Shown here one piece after another: positions 53,201-64,000 of a DNA stretch of 64,000 nt. The notes beneath the pieces are model-generated. The model was given only the letters and a program-made list of their open reading frames with translations. It searched no databases and was not told where the DNA came from. Numbering within the stretch: position 1 is the stretch's first letter; each line of letters starts with the position of its first letter. Both the position numbers and the translations under genes were made by a program. Origin of the DNA: Catajapyx aquilonaris (taxonomy: Eukaryota); assembly GCA_000934665.2 (NCBI GenBank), contig KZ538046.1, positions 1-64,000 of the forward strand, read 5' to 3'.

Positions 53201-54747
53201 TCGCTTCTAATTAAGTACTGGGGGAGTAAAAAATTCCTGTCGGACCAAGATAAGGAAAGTCCATGGGAGCCTATAATCATCCTGATGCGTCGGCGGAATT
53301 GCATCGATAATTTATCGTCTCCAGGCGCTAAAAATAATCCTATCCCTCCCCAGTCGGTACAGCCATCACTCTCCCTTCCGAAATGCACCGGATTTAATCA
53401 AGGCAATGACCCTACCCAAAAATGACGTCATTTGATATATTATTCACCCATATCTTAATGAGCGCGTTCTTAGGAGTTTCAGACTGTAGTCCTCGCTGAA
53501 TCAAGCTCTCGAGGGAACTAGAAGCCTGAGGGGTGGTGGCGTCGGTGGTAGCAGCAGCGGCGGCGTCGGTGGCCACCGTTTTCGGGCTGAAGATGGGGGC
53601 AGCAGCGCCCACGTGGCAATTCTCATCCGACGCAAGAAGATTGCGCCTTGGACGGCGCCCATCTAGCGCCGCATGGCCGCCTTCCTCAGTCGACGCCCGT
53701 CTTCGTCGCCAACACAATCTCCTCCGAAACATGCATTAAAAAAACTGGACTCCCAGGCTATTAGCCTTGACCGCTCAATCCGCTCGCCGCCACAACACAC
53801 CCCCCTGAGAGGATTCTGCACTGGACCTCGCATATATAGGCCGCTGGCTCACGAGGTCCGTAAATTACGCTCATTCCCCCACCCACCCACCCGCCCACCC
53901 ACATGTGTGTGTAGTAAGAGCGGCGCGCGTGTGTGCGAGCATGTGTAGAGCTGTAGTAGGACATGTGGAAGGAGCTGGGGGGTGTTGCGGCCAGGATGGG
54001 GGTTTTAGGGTGGGTGAGCATGTGTGGATACTCCACATGAGCGCAATTACGTCCAGTGTTTGTTAGCCCGCGGATTTCAAGAAGGCACGGGGAAAACACG
54101 GGAAGGTGCCGGGGAAGGAAACGCTATCCACCCGCCAACATCAGGCCGTTGCGACCCCTCAAATTTTCTTAACCCAACTAGTCAATTCTACATAACTGAA
54201 TGGTGCCACAATAATTAGGATCGAATTAACCTGATGGCTCACTCAATTTCGTTAATTCTTTTAACCCACAAGCAAAATGGAGTTCGTCATCATCTGCGGG
54301 CGGACCTTAGTGCAAAAAAAGGTTATCGACGTTTCTCTGTCAAATAGGAGCCGTTTCATCAAAAAAAGGCTTTGTGTCCTCAAAAACCAAGCTCGTCGTT
54401 TTTCTCATTTTGAGTCGGGAAAAAAGGGGGAAACCAGAACATTTGCCGGGGGAGTAAAAAGACTGAAGGGGGCGGTTTTGTAAGCGGCGGCGGCGGCGTT
54501 TGAAAATGGTTTCTTTCTCCCATGTTTATCGACGGATGATGATGACCCACTCCGTGTGTCGGCTGTGGCAGCATGACTCATCACTCACAAAGGACCGACA
54601 TTGGGAGGAGGAGCAAAAGGAGGAGGTTGACTAACACAAGATGAAAAAACCCAACCGACGAGACAACGAACTGCTACGACAACAAACCAAAAAAAGATTG
54701 TAAATAAAACTGAACATCCATCGAACTAACTGGACGCGACTTGTTAC

Positions 54748-54852
54748 CTGCAATTCGTTGACTAGTTTTTCTGCCATCTTGGGGTCGGCGGCCGGCCGGG
54801 CTTGCCAAAAGTCCGGATTCATCTTGAATATCCTGGGCGTGACCTCGGTCAT
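54748..54852 (-). CDS. dati: First coding exon of a dati/Lin-29-like C2H2 zinc-finger transcription factor (MTEVTPRIFKMNPDFWQARPAADPKMAEKLVNELQ)
   Basis: 35 codons from ATG at 54852, with an in-frame TAA shortly upstream, to a phase-0 donor CAG|GTAACA (GT at 54747-54746). The MNPDFWQ and ADPKMAEKxVNELQ motifs match my recollection of the Drosophila dati N-terminus; no search was run. Further in-frame ATGs at 54822 (MNPDFW) and at the MAEK codon make the true start uncertain. Confidence 0.8.
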
Positions 54853-55405
54853 GGGCTCGGTTTGGCCTCGGCACTCACCACACACGTCACTTTAGGCCTC
54901 CGCCCAAGACCAAAGAGAGAGAGAGAGGGATGGGGTGGTATAGTGGTTGACGGGGGCTGCGGGTGGAGTGGGGGTGTGTGGAGTGAATGAATGAATGGCT
55001 TGGATGGACGTATGGATGGCCCAGGTCAGTTTGACGGCAATGAGGAGCAGCAATGACCAGCAAAAAAAAAGTCCGGAAGGTAAAGGGTTAGAGGTGCAGG
55101 GACATGTTCACCATCCACTCTCACTGGGGAGGGGGTTGTATCAGTCAGAAAAGGGGTATGAAGGATGGAAGGCAAAGCGTTTGTACTTTGGTTGCCGTTC
55201 ACTCCGGGACACAAACATGCGGTGGGTCAGGTGGTTTGGTGGTCGGGTTTGGGTTCACTCCAAGAAAAAGCGGGAAAAGTGCAAGTGGTAAAAAGCCGCG
55301 CGCGCTACAGTAAAGGGCGGCAAAAAATGCCGAGTGGTCCGGTTATTCCACTGACCGACGGAGGGCGGCTGGCGACATGGATGGATGATGGAAGGCGGAA
55401 GGCGG

Positions 55406-55407
55406 CA

Positions 55408-55440
<33 letters not shown>

Positions 55441-55447
55441 GCAGCAG
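55406..55447. repeat. (CAG)8(CAA)2(CAG)4 triplet repeat (CUG-type on the gene's strand)
   Basis: Read directly; lies in the putative 5' UTR. Confidence 0.95.
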
Positions 55448-55592
55448 GCAGTTGGCAGGCTGGCAACACAAGCAGGCAGGCAGAAGAAGAAGAACCGGCC
55501 GGCCGGTGGTGGGTGCTCAAAGTCCCCCCTCCTCTTCTGCCTCCCGTCTGAGGAACAAGTGTGCCTGTGTCTGAATCTTTATCGGGTGGTAG

Positions 55593-55637
55593 CTCCTCCT
55601 CCTCCGCCTCCTCCACCACCTCCTCCACCTCCTCCTC
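55593..55637. repeat. Imperfect (CCT/CCA)n triplet repeat
   Basis: Read directly. Confidence 0.9.
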
Positions 55638-56764
55638 AAGCCGGATGGCCCTCTGCTTGCTAAGGTCCCCCGTCTCGTCTTCAGCCGGCGTCGCTTCCGC
55701 CTGCCGCCGCCGCCGTCGTCCAGAAAAGACTGCCAACTGCCTTGACTTAAAGTTCCCGCAGCCCCCCGAAACCTTTCTCGAGTCTGCCCAATCTTTTCCT
55801 GTCTGCGCTGAGCAAGCCGCTCTGAGACTCCTACACCAGCGCACTGCCTCCGCCAGATCGCACTTTTTCCGTGCGGCAAAGGGGGGAGGGCGAAGTCTTT
55901 GAAAAATTCAATAAAAACTCCCACTGGCTACGGACACGGTCCCCCAGCCACTCCGGGGCCTTCTTTCTCTCCGATGTGGCATGTGCGAGAAGAACTGTAC
56001 ACGTCATGACAAAAAAAAAGTAGGAAAAAAAACTAGCGACGGAGGAGGAGCTGAAGAGGAGGGGGGAAAGAGGGGGGGGTAAAAAATCGACTGGGGAATA
56101 GGGAATGCGTACTGAATCCAATACTTTGGGGGCGAATGCGCAAGACAAGGCAAGCAGGCGGCAGCGGCTCCGTGTAATTACTCGGCTTGGAGCGCACGCG
56201 GAGTTGGGGGGAAAGGAGGTGAGGCCGAGCGTCTTGTAAAAGTGCATTGGCGGGGCGGACGAGCGGAAGCCCCGCCGCAAGGAGGCCCGCCAAGATGCGC
56301 AGAGGCGTCCTGAGGCGGGCGGCGGGGCGTCGGTGGCGTCCGAAGAGCGCCGCCCTCTCACGGCCCTCTCAGTCGGCCCGATGCCGCTCTGCAGGCCAAG
56401 TGCAGCTCCTCAAGACAATTCTAAGCAATAAAGCCGCACAGATTGACCGCTAGGCGGATAAAAACCGTCAACAAACCGCTCTGTCAACGCGGGTTGAATG
56501 TGGGCCAGCAGGCTAATCGTTTCGGCAGGAAATTTTTTGGGGAGGCATCCTGGAAGGTTTGATACCCACATGGCTTGGGGTAATCTTGTTAGGAAAGGAT
56601 GGCCCCCTTGGTAGGTTTCTTCTACAAAACCGTTTTGCTTGGAGGAAGAAACATTTCCCATTAGGAAATACCTAATTTTGTGTAACTTAAGGGAAGACAC
56701 CCCGTGCTCCTTGGGTGTTTTGCGAGTGTTTTCTTGGCCAATTTGGGATGATAGTGGACAACCA

Positions 56765-56825
56765 ACTCGGTGGTTGAACCCAGGACTTCCGAGGTGGAAC
56801 GACAACCTGCCACCCACTGATTTGG
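56765..56825 (-). mobile_element. Degenerate tRNA-derived SINE-like head
   Basis: Minus strand has TCAGTGGGTGG (A-box/D-loop-like) followed about 25 nt later by GTCCTGGGTTCAACC (T-arm/B-box-like). No complete cloverleaf. Confidence 0.3.
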
Positions 56826-59800
56826 TTCGAATCGATTCTGCAGCCTGTCCGTCATCACTTCCAAGGGAACTATAGTTGCCTTAAAACTTTTCCATCTTTT
56901 CTAATGATCGCCCTCCCGCCACTGCTGTCTTCGCTCACAAATGAAGTTTCGTCTTCGTCGTCGTCTTCGATGCACACTGCAGATTTACTCCTGTCTCGCT
57001 GATTAAAAATAATCGGCTCAACTTCCTCCCCGCTTTACGTCAGCCAATTGTTGCCTAGTTATACACCCTCCTTTTCTGACAGACAAACTTCCATCTCGGC
57101 TCGTACAAGAAAGGAGCTCTCCCAGAGTACTGGGCCAGAAGGAACTTTTTAGCAGGTGGAAGGATGGAAGCCGCAGTGTCAACCGTCCTTACAATGACGT
57201 CCCACAAAACGGGGTCCCCCCCCCCCCCNCCCCCCCCTTTCACAGCCCTGGGTAAACATTCTTACACTAACCTTATACATGGACCTTTCCAGCCGCAAAT
57301 CAATACCTAGACAAAACAGGCTGGGGAGCAATATTTTTGAAAGAGCCAAAACCCTTATTGCGTCAGTGCCACAGAGTATTAAGTCACTCCATGTTGCCAT
57401 TCGGCTGAAATAGGGCCGATATGATCCTGGGGGTTCAGATTGGACAGACAATCAGTGGGTGAGAGCGGCCATTACGTCTCAAGATGGAGGCAGCTGCGAG
57501 GGCTGCGTAAAACGCTCCGGATGGCTCGCGAATAGGGGCAATAAAGCCTGTTCTGCTCCTCCTATTAGCTGCATCACACGGAGATGACGAGATTAGGGAT
57601 TAACTATAATAATCATCATCTTATTCCAGGGACAATCGGTTCGACATTTGGAGCACTAAAAGGCAGATTCCATTATTTGGCGCTAAGTGAGGACTATTCC
57701 AGAAGGCGAGCGTTACTAAGAGACTTGCCAACTTCAGTATTTCGGGGACTCAAATCGAATGTCTTCTGCTGCGTTGAAAGTTTCGGTGCAAAGTTTTTGT
57801 GATGAAGGTACCGTACGAAAAAATTATGGAGCATTAAAATATTCGGAATGTTCGGAAAATGTCAAATCTCAGCCCGAAACCAACTACAAGAATATCCTTG
57901 CCATAATTCACACAAAAAATTTAGTGGAGGTTGTTCCTTATAATATAAGACATTTAAAAGTAAAACGTAATTTTTTCTAACGATAGTCTGAATTGGGAAA
58001 ATCTAGGCCTGAAAATTGCGATTTTGCAATTTTTTGCAATTTCAAATGGCAACATACGTAATAAGTTTGGAATAAGCCTCGAATTTTTTATTTCAATATT
58101 TGAACATGGCAGCTGATGGTAAATTTTTAATTACATGTTGTTAACTAAAACTGATATGTAATGTAATGACGATTGCATGCATCAGGTTGCAAGTGCAATG
58201 CACCTTCAAGTGGGGCATTTCAATGAACAATCAGCAGCATGCAATAATCAGTCATTGAATATAAATTTTATTAAACAACATGCCACTCTAAAAATTTGAC
58301 ATTTCCTGCCATTGCTATAAAAATTAAAATATAAAATCCCGAACTTTTCTGATATTTACTGTGGGCATTTGAATTTTGAAAAACTGAGAAACTCTCTTTT
58401 CAAGCCTGCATTTTTGCAACTTATCATTAGAAAAAAATAATTTTCACTTTTGCTTCTATTATTATTGGGAACGATCACTGCTAAAAATTATTGAAGAACA
58501 CGACAAAAGCTATTCTGAAAGGGCTTCTTTCCAAGAAAATTATATAGCCTATCTACAGTATGAACAGCTAAGAAGAACACTACGAGGTGAACCATGGAAG
58601 TAGGCTACTGTACCTAGGTTGCATGTAGAGTTGGAGTGAAAGAACTACTTTAAGAACAAACCCTCCACCTTTTTACAGAAGCCGGAAGATATAATTATTT
58701 TATATCATAATAGCAATATGGTACTGTGAAAACACAAAGTCTTATTTTTGCTAGGTTTTCTCATGTTTACATTGTAGGGCCTACTTGGCGGAATTGTGTT
58801 TAATTATTCAGCTTCTCTTAGCAAGGGAAAAATACAACTGCATAATTTGCCATTTCAGGAATGAAAAATAAATCTAGTGCGCCATAAGGATAGTTGCATT
58901 TTATGCACAAGAGCATTCCTTTTTACCTGAACTCAATTTGAGCAAAATTTAATGCGCTGAACATGCAAAAGTGGTACCCGTACAGCCAGCAGAACGGAAG
59001 GGAGAATAACATCTTTTATGATCATAAAAAAGCAGCGCATCATGCAAATGTACTATTAATTATAGGGCGAAATATACACTCTGTTTGGATCTCTATGCAT
59101 ACTACAAGAATTCTAAAAAAAAATCCCATAGAAAAAGGAAGTATAGACTGATTATATTTGAGTAGAGAGAGCATCAAGTACAGTATACGTTTCAGGAAAA
59201 AAAATTGTTATGTTAGAAGAAAGCATCACATGTACTTTTTGCTATTACCCTTACTTAATAATTGAATTCTGTCCTTTTTTATTTTTGCTACAGTGCCACA
59301 ATTCCTGGCATTACCAAACGTCTCCGAAATAACACGAAGTAAAAAATTGCTTACTCAACCTGTTCCGAACATACCGGTCGCAATACACCTGCATTGTGCA
59401 ACCCCGCTACATAACAATATCCCTCACATTCTACAACAAATGGCCCGGTTAGCCATTGATCCCCGGCCACCAGCGTCCTTCCTGCAAGTGTCCTTCCGCC
59501 AAGAACAATCCTGCCGAGACAGCCTGGCGCCCCCCAGAAACATGATTTGACCACAGGAAGCAACCGTCTCCAGAGGGGGAGGGGGGGGGGGGCCATGTGA
59601 NCCCCCCCCCCTCTCCCGTCCTTTTGAATTCCGTTATACACCATACCGTACGTGTCCAGTGCTATGTAGCCAGCACAGAGGGGGGAATAAGTGTGAAGGA
59701 AATGAGTGTCGGAGCGCACACAGCTCGTGTGGCCCCTCCTATGGGCTGATTTGCATAGAGTGTAAGAAGAGAGCAGGCAGGTAGAGCAGGAGATGCAGCT

Positions 59801-61662
59801 GCGGGCATGCATGGGAAAGAGTCTGCTCCCCACTACCCGTCGCATAATCATTCTCTTTCGTCTCCCCCCCTCCCTCTCAGCCTCCTTGTCTTTTCGGCCT
59901 TGTCTCGCCCTGCTGGACCTCCCTCGTCCGGCATCTCGGGGACTTGCATGGGGATGGCATTTCGTATGCAAATCAGCCGGACTGCTTATCAACAGAGAAG
60001 AGAACTGAGGGGGGGAGGTTGAGACTTATTTGCATACCGGCTGTGTAACTGTCTTAACGAAATCCCAGAGCATCTCACGTGAGCGCCAGCCATCCAACCC
60101 ACAATGGGACGATGAATATGCGCCCGCTTCACAAACTCGCTTTCCTATATAAGTGACACTGCCCAGCTGCCTGCTTGCCTCCAACGGTGCCAACATATTG
60201 AAGAAGCATTGCTTGGTACCCCTATTTTTTGTGTGCCAAGTGTGTTCTTGCAGATTAGACCCACCATCTCCGCCTCTCACTCTTATTGCACTCTGTTTAC
60301 CCCCCAGTGTTGTTCGGACCTGCTTTTCCCCTCCCATGTCCGCACCGATATTGGGAATCGATATCGGAGGGGCGGTCCTCAGCGACATCTCCGTCACAAA
60401 AAGGCGTGGGCTTGACTTCACCCTATCATTTACTTCCTCACTACCACTCCGATCGGGTCACCTCTTTTTTGTTGTTTTTAATCAAAAGGAAAATGGTGGG
60501 GTTGGTCACCATAGTGACCAACAAACAGCGATGGCGTCGGGTTGCATATATTCAAGGGGGGAAAAGGGCTGCCCAGTATTATTTGAGACAGAAACAAAAG
60601 ACGGATGGACGCCTCGGGGGTCGAGGCCTCTTTTCTGCCATAAAGCCCCGCGCGCTTCATTAAACCGGCTCACCTCAAGACCCCTGGCAAGGAAGATTAG
60701 AGTGGCAGCGCCGGTAATAAAAATTTTAAGAGTCCAGGAACCGTCTACTGGGCTCGCCTCAAAGGGGAGGTAGGTAGGAGGTGGGAGGTGGGGGGAACTT
60801 CAACTGCCGCCTTCTACCCCACCTTCCTATGAAAACTTCCCCATAAACATCTCAAAGTTGTTACAACACCCGCCTTTCCTATTTCCGAGAGAAAATTGCC
60901 AATCTGCACTAGTCCCCGACAACTTGACTTTATTTTCGGTAAAAAAAACTGCATTAATTGTGATGCTGTAGATTGCTCCTCTCCGGCGATGTCAATATTT
61001 TTCAGCAAGCTCTGGCTGTGTATAGACTTTGCTTAAGCGGATATATCCCGAGCTATCGCGGCTACTGCACCGCGGTTCTGCTTTAAGTGACCTGGTGTTC
61101 GGCAGTCCATAAGGGATGTGTGTCCAGCCCCAACCTCCCCCAACTCACACCCCTACTACCCATTACAGAGCTGTTTGTCAGGCGCACTTCTACTCTATAT
61201 AGGCCAAAGCCGCACCCCGACGCCCGGCGTCGTGTCCACATGTGGAATTCAACTCATCGCCTTCTGGCGCCAGAACAGACGCCACCTGTTAATCCTCTTA
61301 ACTTCCGTTTTTTTTAACAGCATGTATATACATGCGCCGTGGGAAATTATGCTACATTAATTAATCTTTTTCATTTTCGGAGGAGGTATGCAAAATGCAC
61401 TGCTCGCAAGGGGGATGCAAAAAATTAGGCGGCGAATTAAGGAGGCGGCATCTGACGGAAGTTGGCTGAGGTAAGGGAACTGATATCAAAATGAAGATGA
61501 TTGTAGGGGGGGTGAAAACCCAATCGCGCTCAGGGGGCTTTTCTGCCAACCTCCCCAGCACCTTTTTGTGGCGTCCGACACAAAACCAGAACGGATTCGA
61601 AGGCCTTTGTTGTTCCTCGCAATTGTTCGGCTACATTTGGAGTCTCAATGCAAGGAACACTC

Positions 61663-61687
61663 CCTCCTCCTCCTCCTCCTCCTCCTC
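61663..61687. repeat. (CCT)n microsatellite
   Basis: Read directly. Confidence 0.9.
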
Positions 61688-64000
61688 TCCCCAGCACAGA
61701 AAGCTCTCTCTGAAAAGTTGCCCGGAACGACTTATGAGAGTTCAAGGGGGAAGCCGCTTAATCGCAAACCGCACACAGCATTCTGGGATTTTCATCGCAC
61801 TGACCATTCTACTTACGGGACCATTGGAGGGCTGGAAGCCCCTTGATTACAGGCCCAAGAAAATGTCTATTCATTCCGGGCTTAACTGCCTTTTACAAAC
61901 TATTTCAGAAATTCTGGGGAGTCCTATGGGCAACGGGGGGAAAATAAGGGGATGAGTTTGGCTTATGGGTTAGTCTACATCCTGTTAGGTGTAGCTTACC
62001 ATTATCTAATTACTTGAGGGTTCACATTGAGGGTTAGCTTTAAGAAGGTACCCAAAAGTGAAGTGTAAGAATACGAAATGTTTAAAGTCAAGAATCAGGC
62101 ATGCACAGGTACAGTATACAAGAGAAGATGATGCACCCCCCCCCAGCTGGAAATCAGATTATCCCACCAATTTCTCAAACTTCACTCCACATAATTTCTT
62201 TACTTAAAACTTTAGCATTAACAATTTCTATGTACACCCTCCATCAGCAGTTGGCTCTTCATTGTCCACCATCCCATTTAAAATGTCACTCATATAAGAA
62301 CGTTGAAACCTTTTTTCTAAACTCCACATATGAAGCTCACTATCCCTCTCCCTGGATCCACATCCCCCAAGAAATTGCATAATCAGGTGCACCGGCATAA
62401 CAATTACGACGGGTAGACGACATCACAGTCTTCCACACCTGCAACACACAAAAAAAAGGCACAGGTATTGGGGAAGCCCTTTTACACAGGTGAAAGATCC
62501 GGATCGAGTGGCATATAACCCTTTTCAAGGGTGAACCTGTCAACCCACTTTTTTTTTTCTTCTTCTCTCATCTTGGGTATACTGTATACCCACGACCCTT
62601 TCGAATGTGTGTGTGTGTGTTTATTCGCGTTTCACAAGTAGCTCGATTCCCTGCTAACCCGGTTGGGTCCCGAAAGCCCCGTCAGAGCACCGCGGCGCGT
62701 GAGGCCGCAAAACCGCGCGAGTCCCGCCGAGATACGTGCCTTCTAACCTGCGCTACTCCGCTCCCACTCTATAATCTCTCTCCTTTCCCCATTCAAAGAC
62801 GATTAAGGCTCGGCTCAGAAATTAATAATGATCAGGTGGAGAACGGAGCATAGGAGAAACGGAGGTTCTTGCAAGGAACTGCTGGGTGGTGGTGGGTATA
62901 TAGAGGGGGTTACCCCAAGATCTGTCGGGTATACGCCAAAGTGCTTCTCTTCCCAGTGGTCATCGACTTGTTGGCTTTTTGGTCAATTACGGATATTGTG
63001 TTATGGAGGGGGTTCACTGATCCCAAATCAGAGGAGTTCGATGCCTCGGACGAATTATTTACTAACCAGATGATACACATTCATGCCCATGCCTATAATT
63101 TATTCATGATACAAGAAGAGTGTAGTAGCTGATGCAATCGTACAGATTACTACGTATGATAAGGGAATTGCCCAAGAACTGCCTTCAAATCCTGATTTAT
63201 TTGAAAGATATGCAACTACAATATGTCGAAGTCGCCACATAATATACTCAAATGACCGTTGCACCACTGCAGATTACATAATCCCAACATTCCGATCCAA
63301 GATGTAAACACACACTTTTCCATAGTATAAACAATATAATAATAAATTATAGCAGACATATTGGACAATCAAATAGACTCCATTATTCATCATTATAAAA
63401 ATGAATACGAAATGTAATCAGGTGTAAACTTCAAAGTTGGTCAACCTCCGTGCTACTATAACATTTTCCCATAAGTTCAGTATGCAGTAATATTATGCAA
63501 TATTGAGACAGATAACAAGCTGCATTTAATTAGATCCATAACTAGAGCCCGAATATTTTTTGGCTGGCTAACTTGCAAAGTAATTACTTTTTGGGATCGG
63601 GATATTATAACTACAACTAGTTACCGTCCTTTTACAAAAGCAGCTTTCCCCAACACCGCTCATAACCACGTTATCCACGTTTCAATTATTGGTACCAAAC
63701 ACTAATTTTCGACATCAATCAACGACATAATCAGGTGAGTGGCACAAAAAATGGACCTGTTACTGCGGTAATAAATCCCTAGAGAGGTCGCCCTTTTGGA
63801 ACGCCGATTTCTACCCCCCCCTCTGAACCCACCTTGTGGGATAAATCAACCACGAGGTGAGAATAATACGGCCGAAGAAAAATGAGGGTCGGTTTGTGGG
63901 CTGCCGGTAGACCCTTCCGTTCACTCAAAGACCTTTTTTTTAATACCCTCATCCAACTGCACCAGCTTTATCAGAAAAGGTGGGCGGCCGTGCCATTTTT

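Larger units (their letters stand above)
24214..54747 (-). other. Apparent 30,534-bp phase-0 intron (may hide additional exon(s))
   Basis: GT at 54747-54746 and AG at 24215-24214. No recognisable coding sequence was found inside. Contains a 15-N gap. Confidence 0.55.
55290..56470 (-). promoter_or_regulatory. GC/CpG-rich block, probable promoter and long 5' UTR of the zinc-finger gene
   Basis: Densest CpG/GC stretch in the window, 0.4-1.6 kb upstream of the first coding ATG, with triplet repeats. The TSS is not pinpointed. Confidence 0.5.

Noticed and set aside
55165..56453. Overlapping poly-Q, -A, -S, -E, -P and -R ORFs on both strands
   Set aside because: Explained by triplet repeats and high GC; no domain and no convincing splice or start context.
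59351..60773. Longest ORFs in the track (213 aa minus, 206 aa plus)
   Set aside because: Non-ATG starts, one crosses an N, low-complexity peptides, no motif; located in GC-rich, regulatory-like DNA.
4483..63848. Exd-Hox-type TGATTTAT sites (about 7 seen)
   Set aside because: Count is close to what an AT-rich background would give.

Overview
Eukaryotic, arthropod-like genomic DNA that is almost all non-coding. The window holds part of one large, intron-rich C2H2 zinc-finger transcription-factor gene on the minus strand. I recognise it from memory as a datilografo (dati / Drosophila CG2052, Lin-29-like) orthologue. Three coding exons have canonical GT-AG sites and compatible phases: 54852-54748 (N-terminus MTEVTPRIFKMNPDFWQARPAADPKMAEKLVNELQ), 24213-23991 and 6386-6202 (zinc fingers). 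They are separated by introns of about 30.5 kb and 17.6 kb. The 3' exons appear to lie beyond the left edge, and the expected middle exon(s) were not found. A GC/CpG-rich, triplet-repeat-rich block at about 55.3-56.5 kb is the likely promoter/5' UTR. The rest is intron or upstream DNA with microsatellites, a 124-bp Tc1/mariner-type MITE, other transposon and SINE remnants, and several N positions. No prokaryotic-type system, CRISPR array, rRNA or intact tRNA was seen, and no clearly novel system. The best leads are regulatory: a half zinc finger with a missing exon, an intron read-through that would complete the last finger, palindromic local and long-range RNA pairing at a splice donor, a marked excess of POU octamer sites, and an E-box/Su(H) cluster. 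Nearly all ORFs in the supplied track look spurious.
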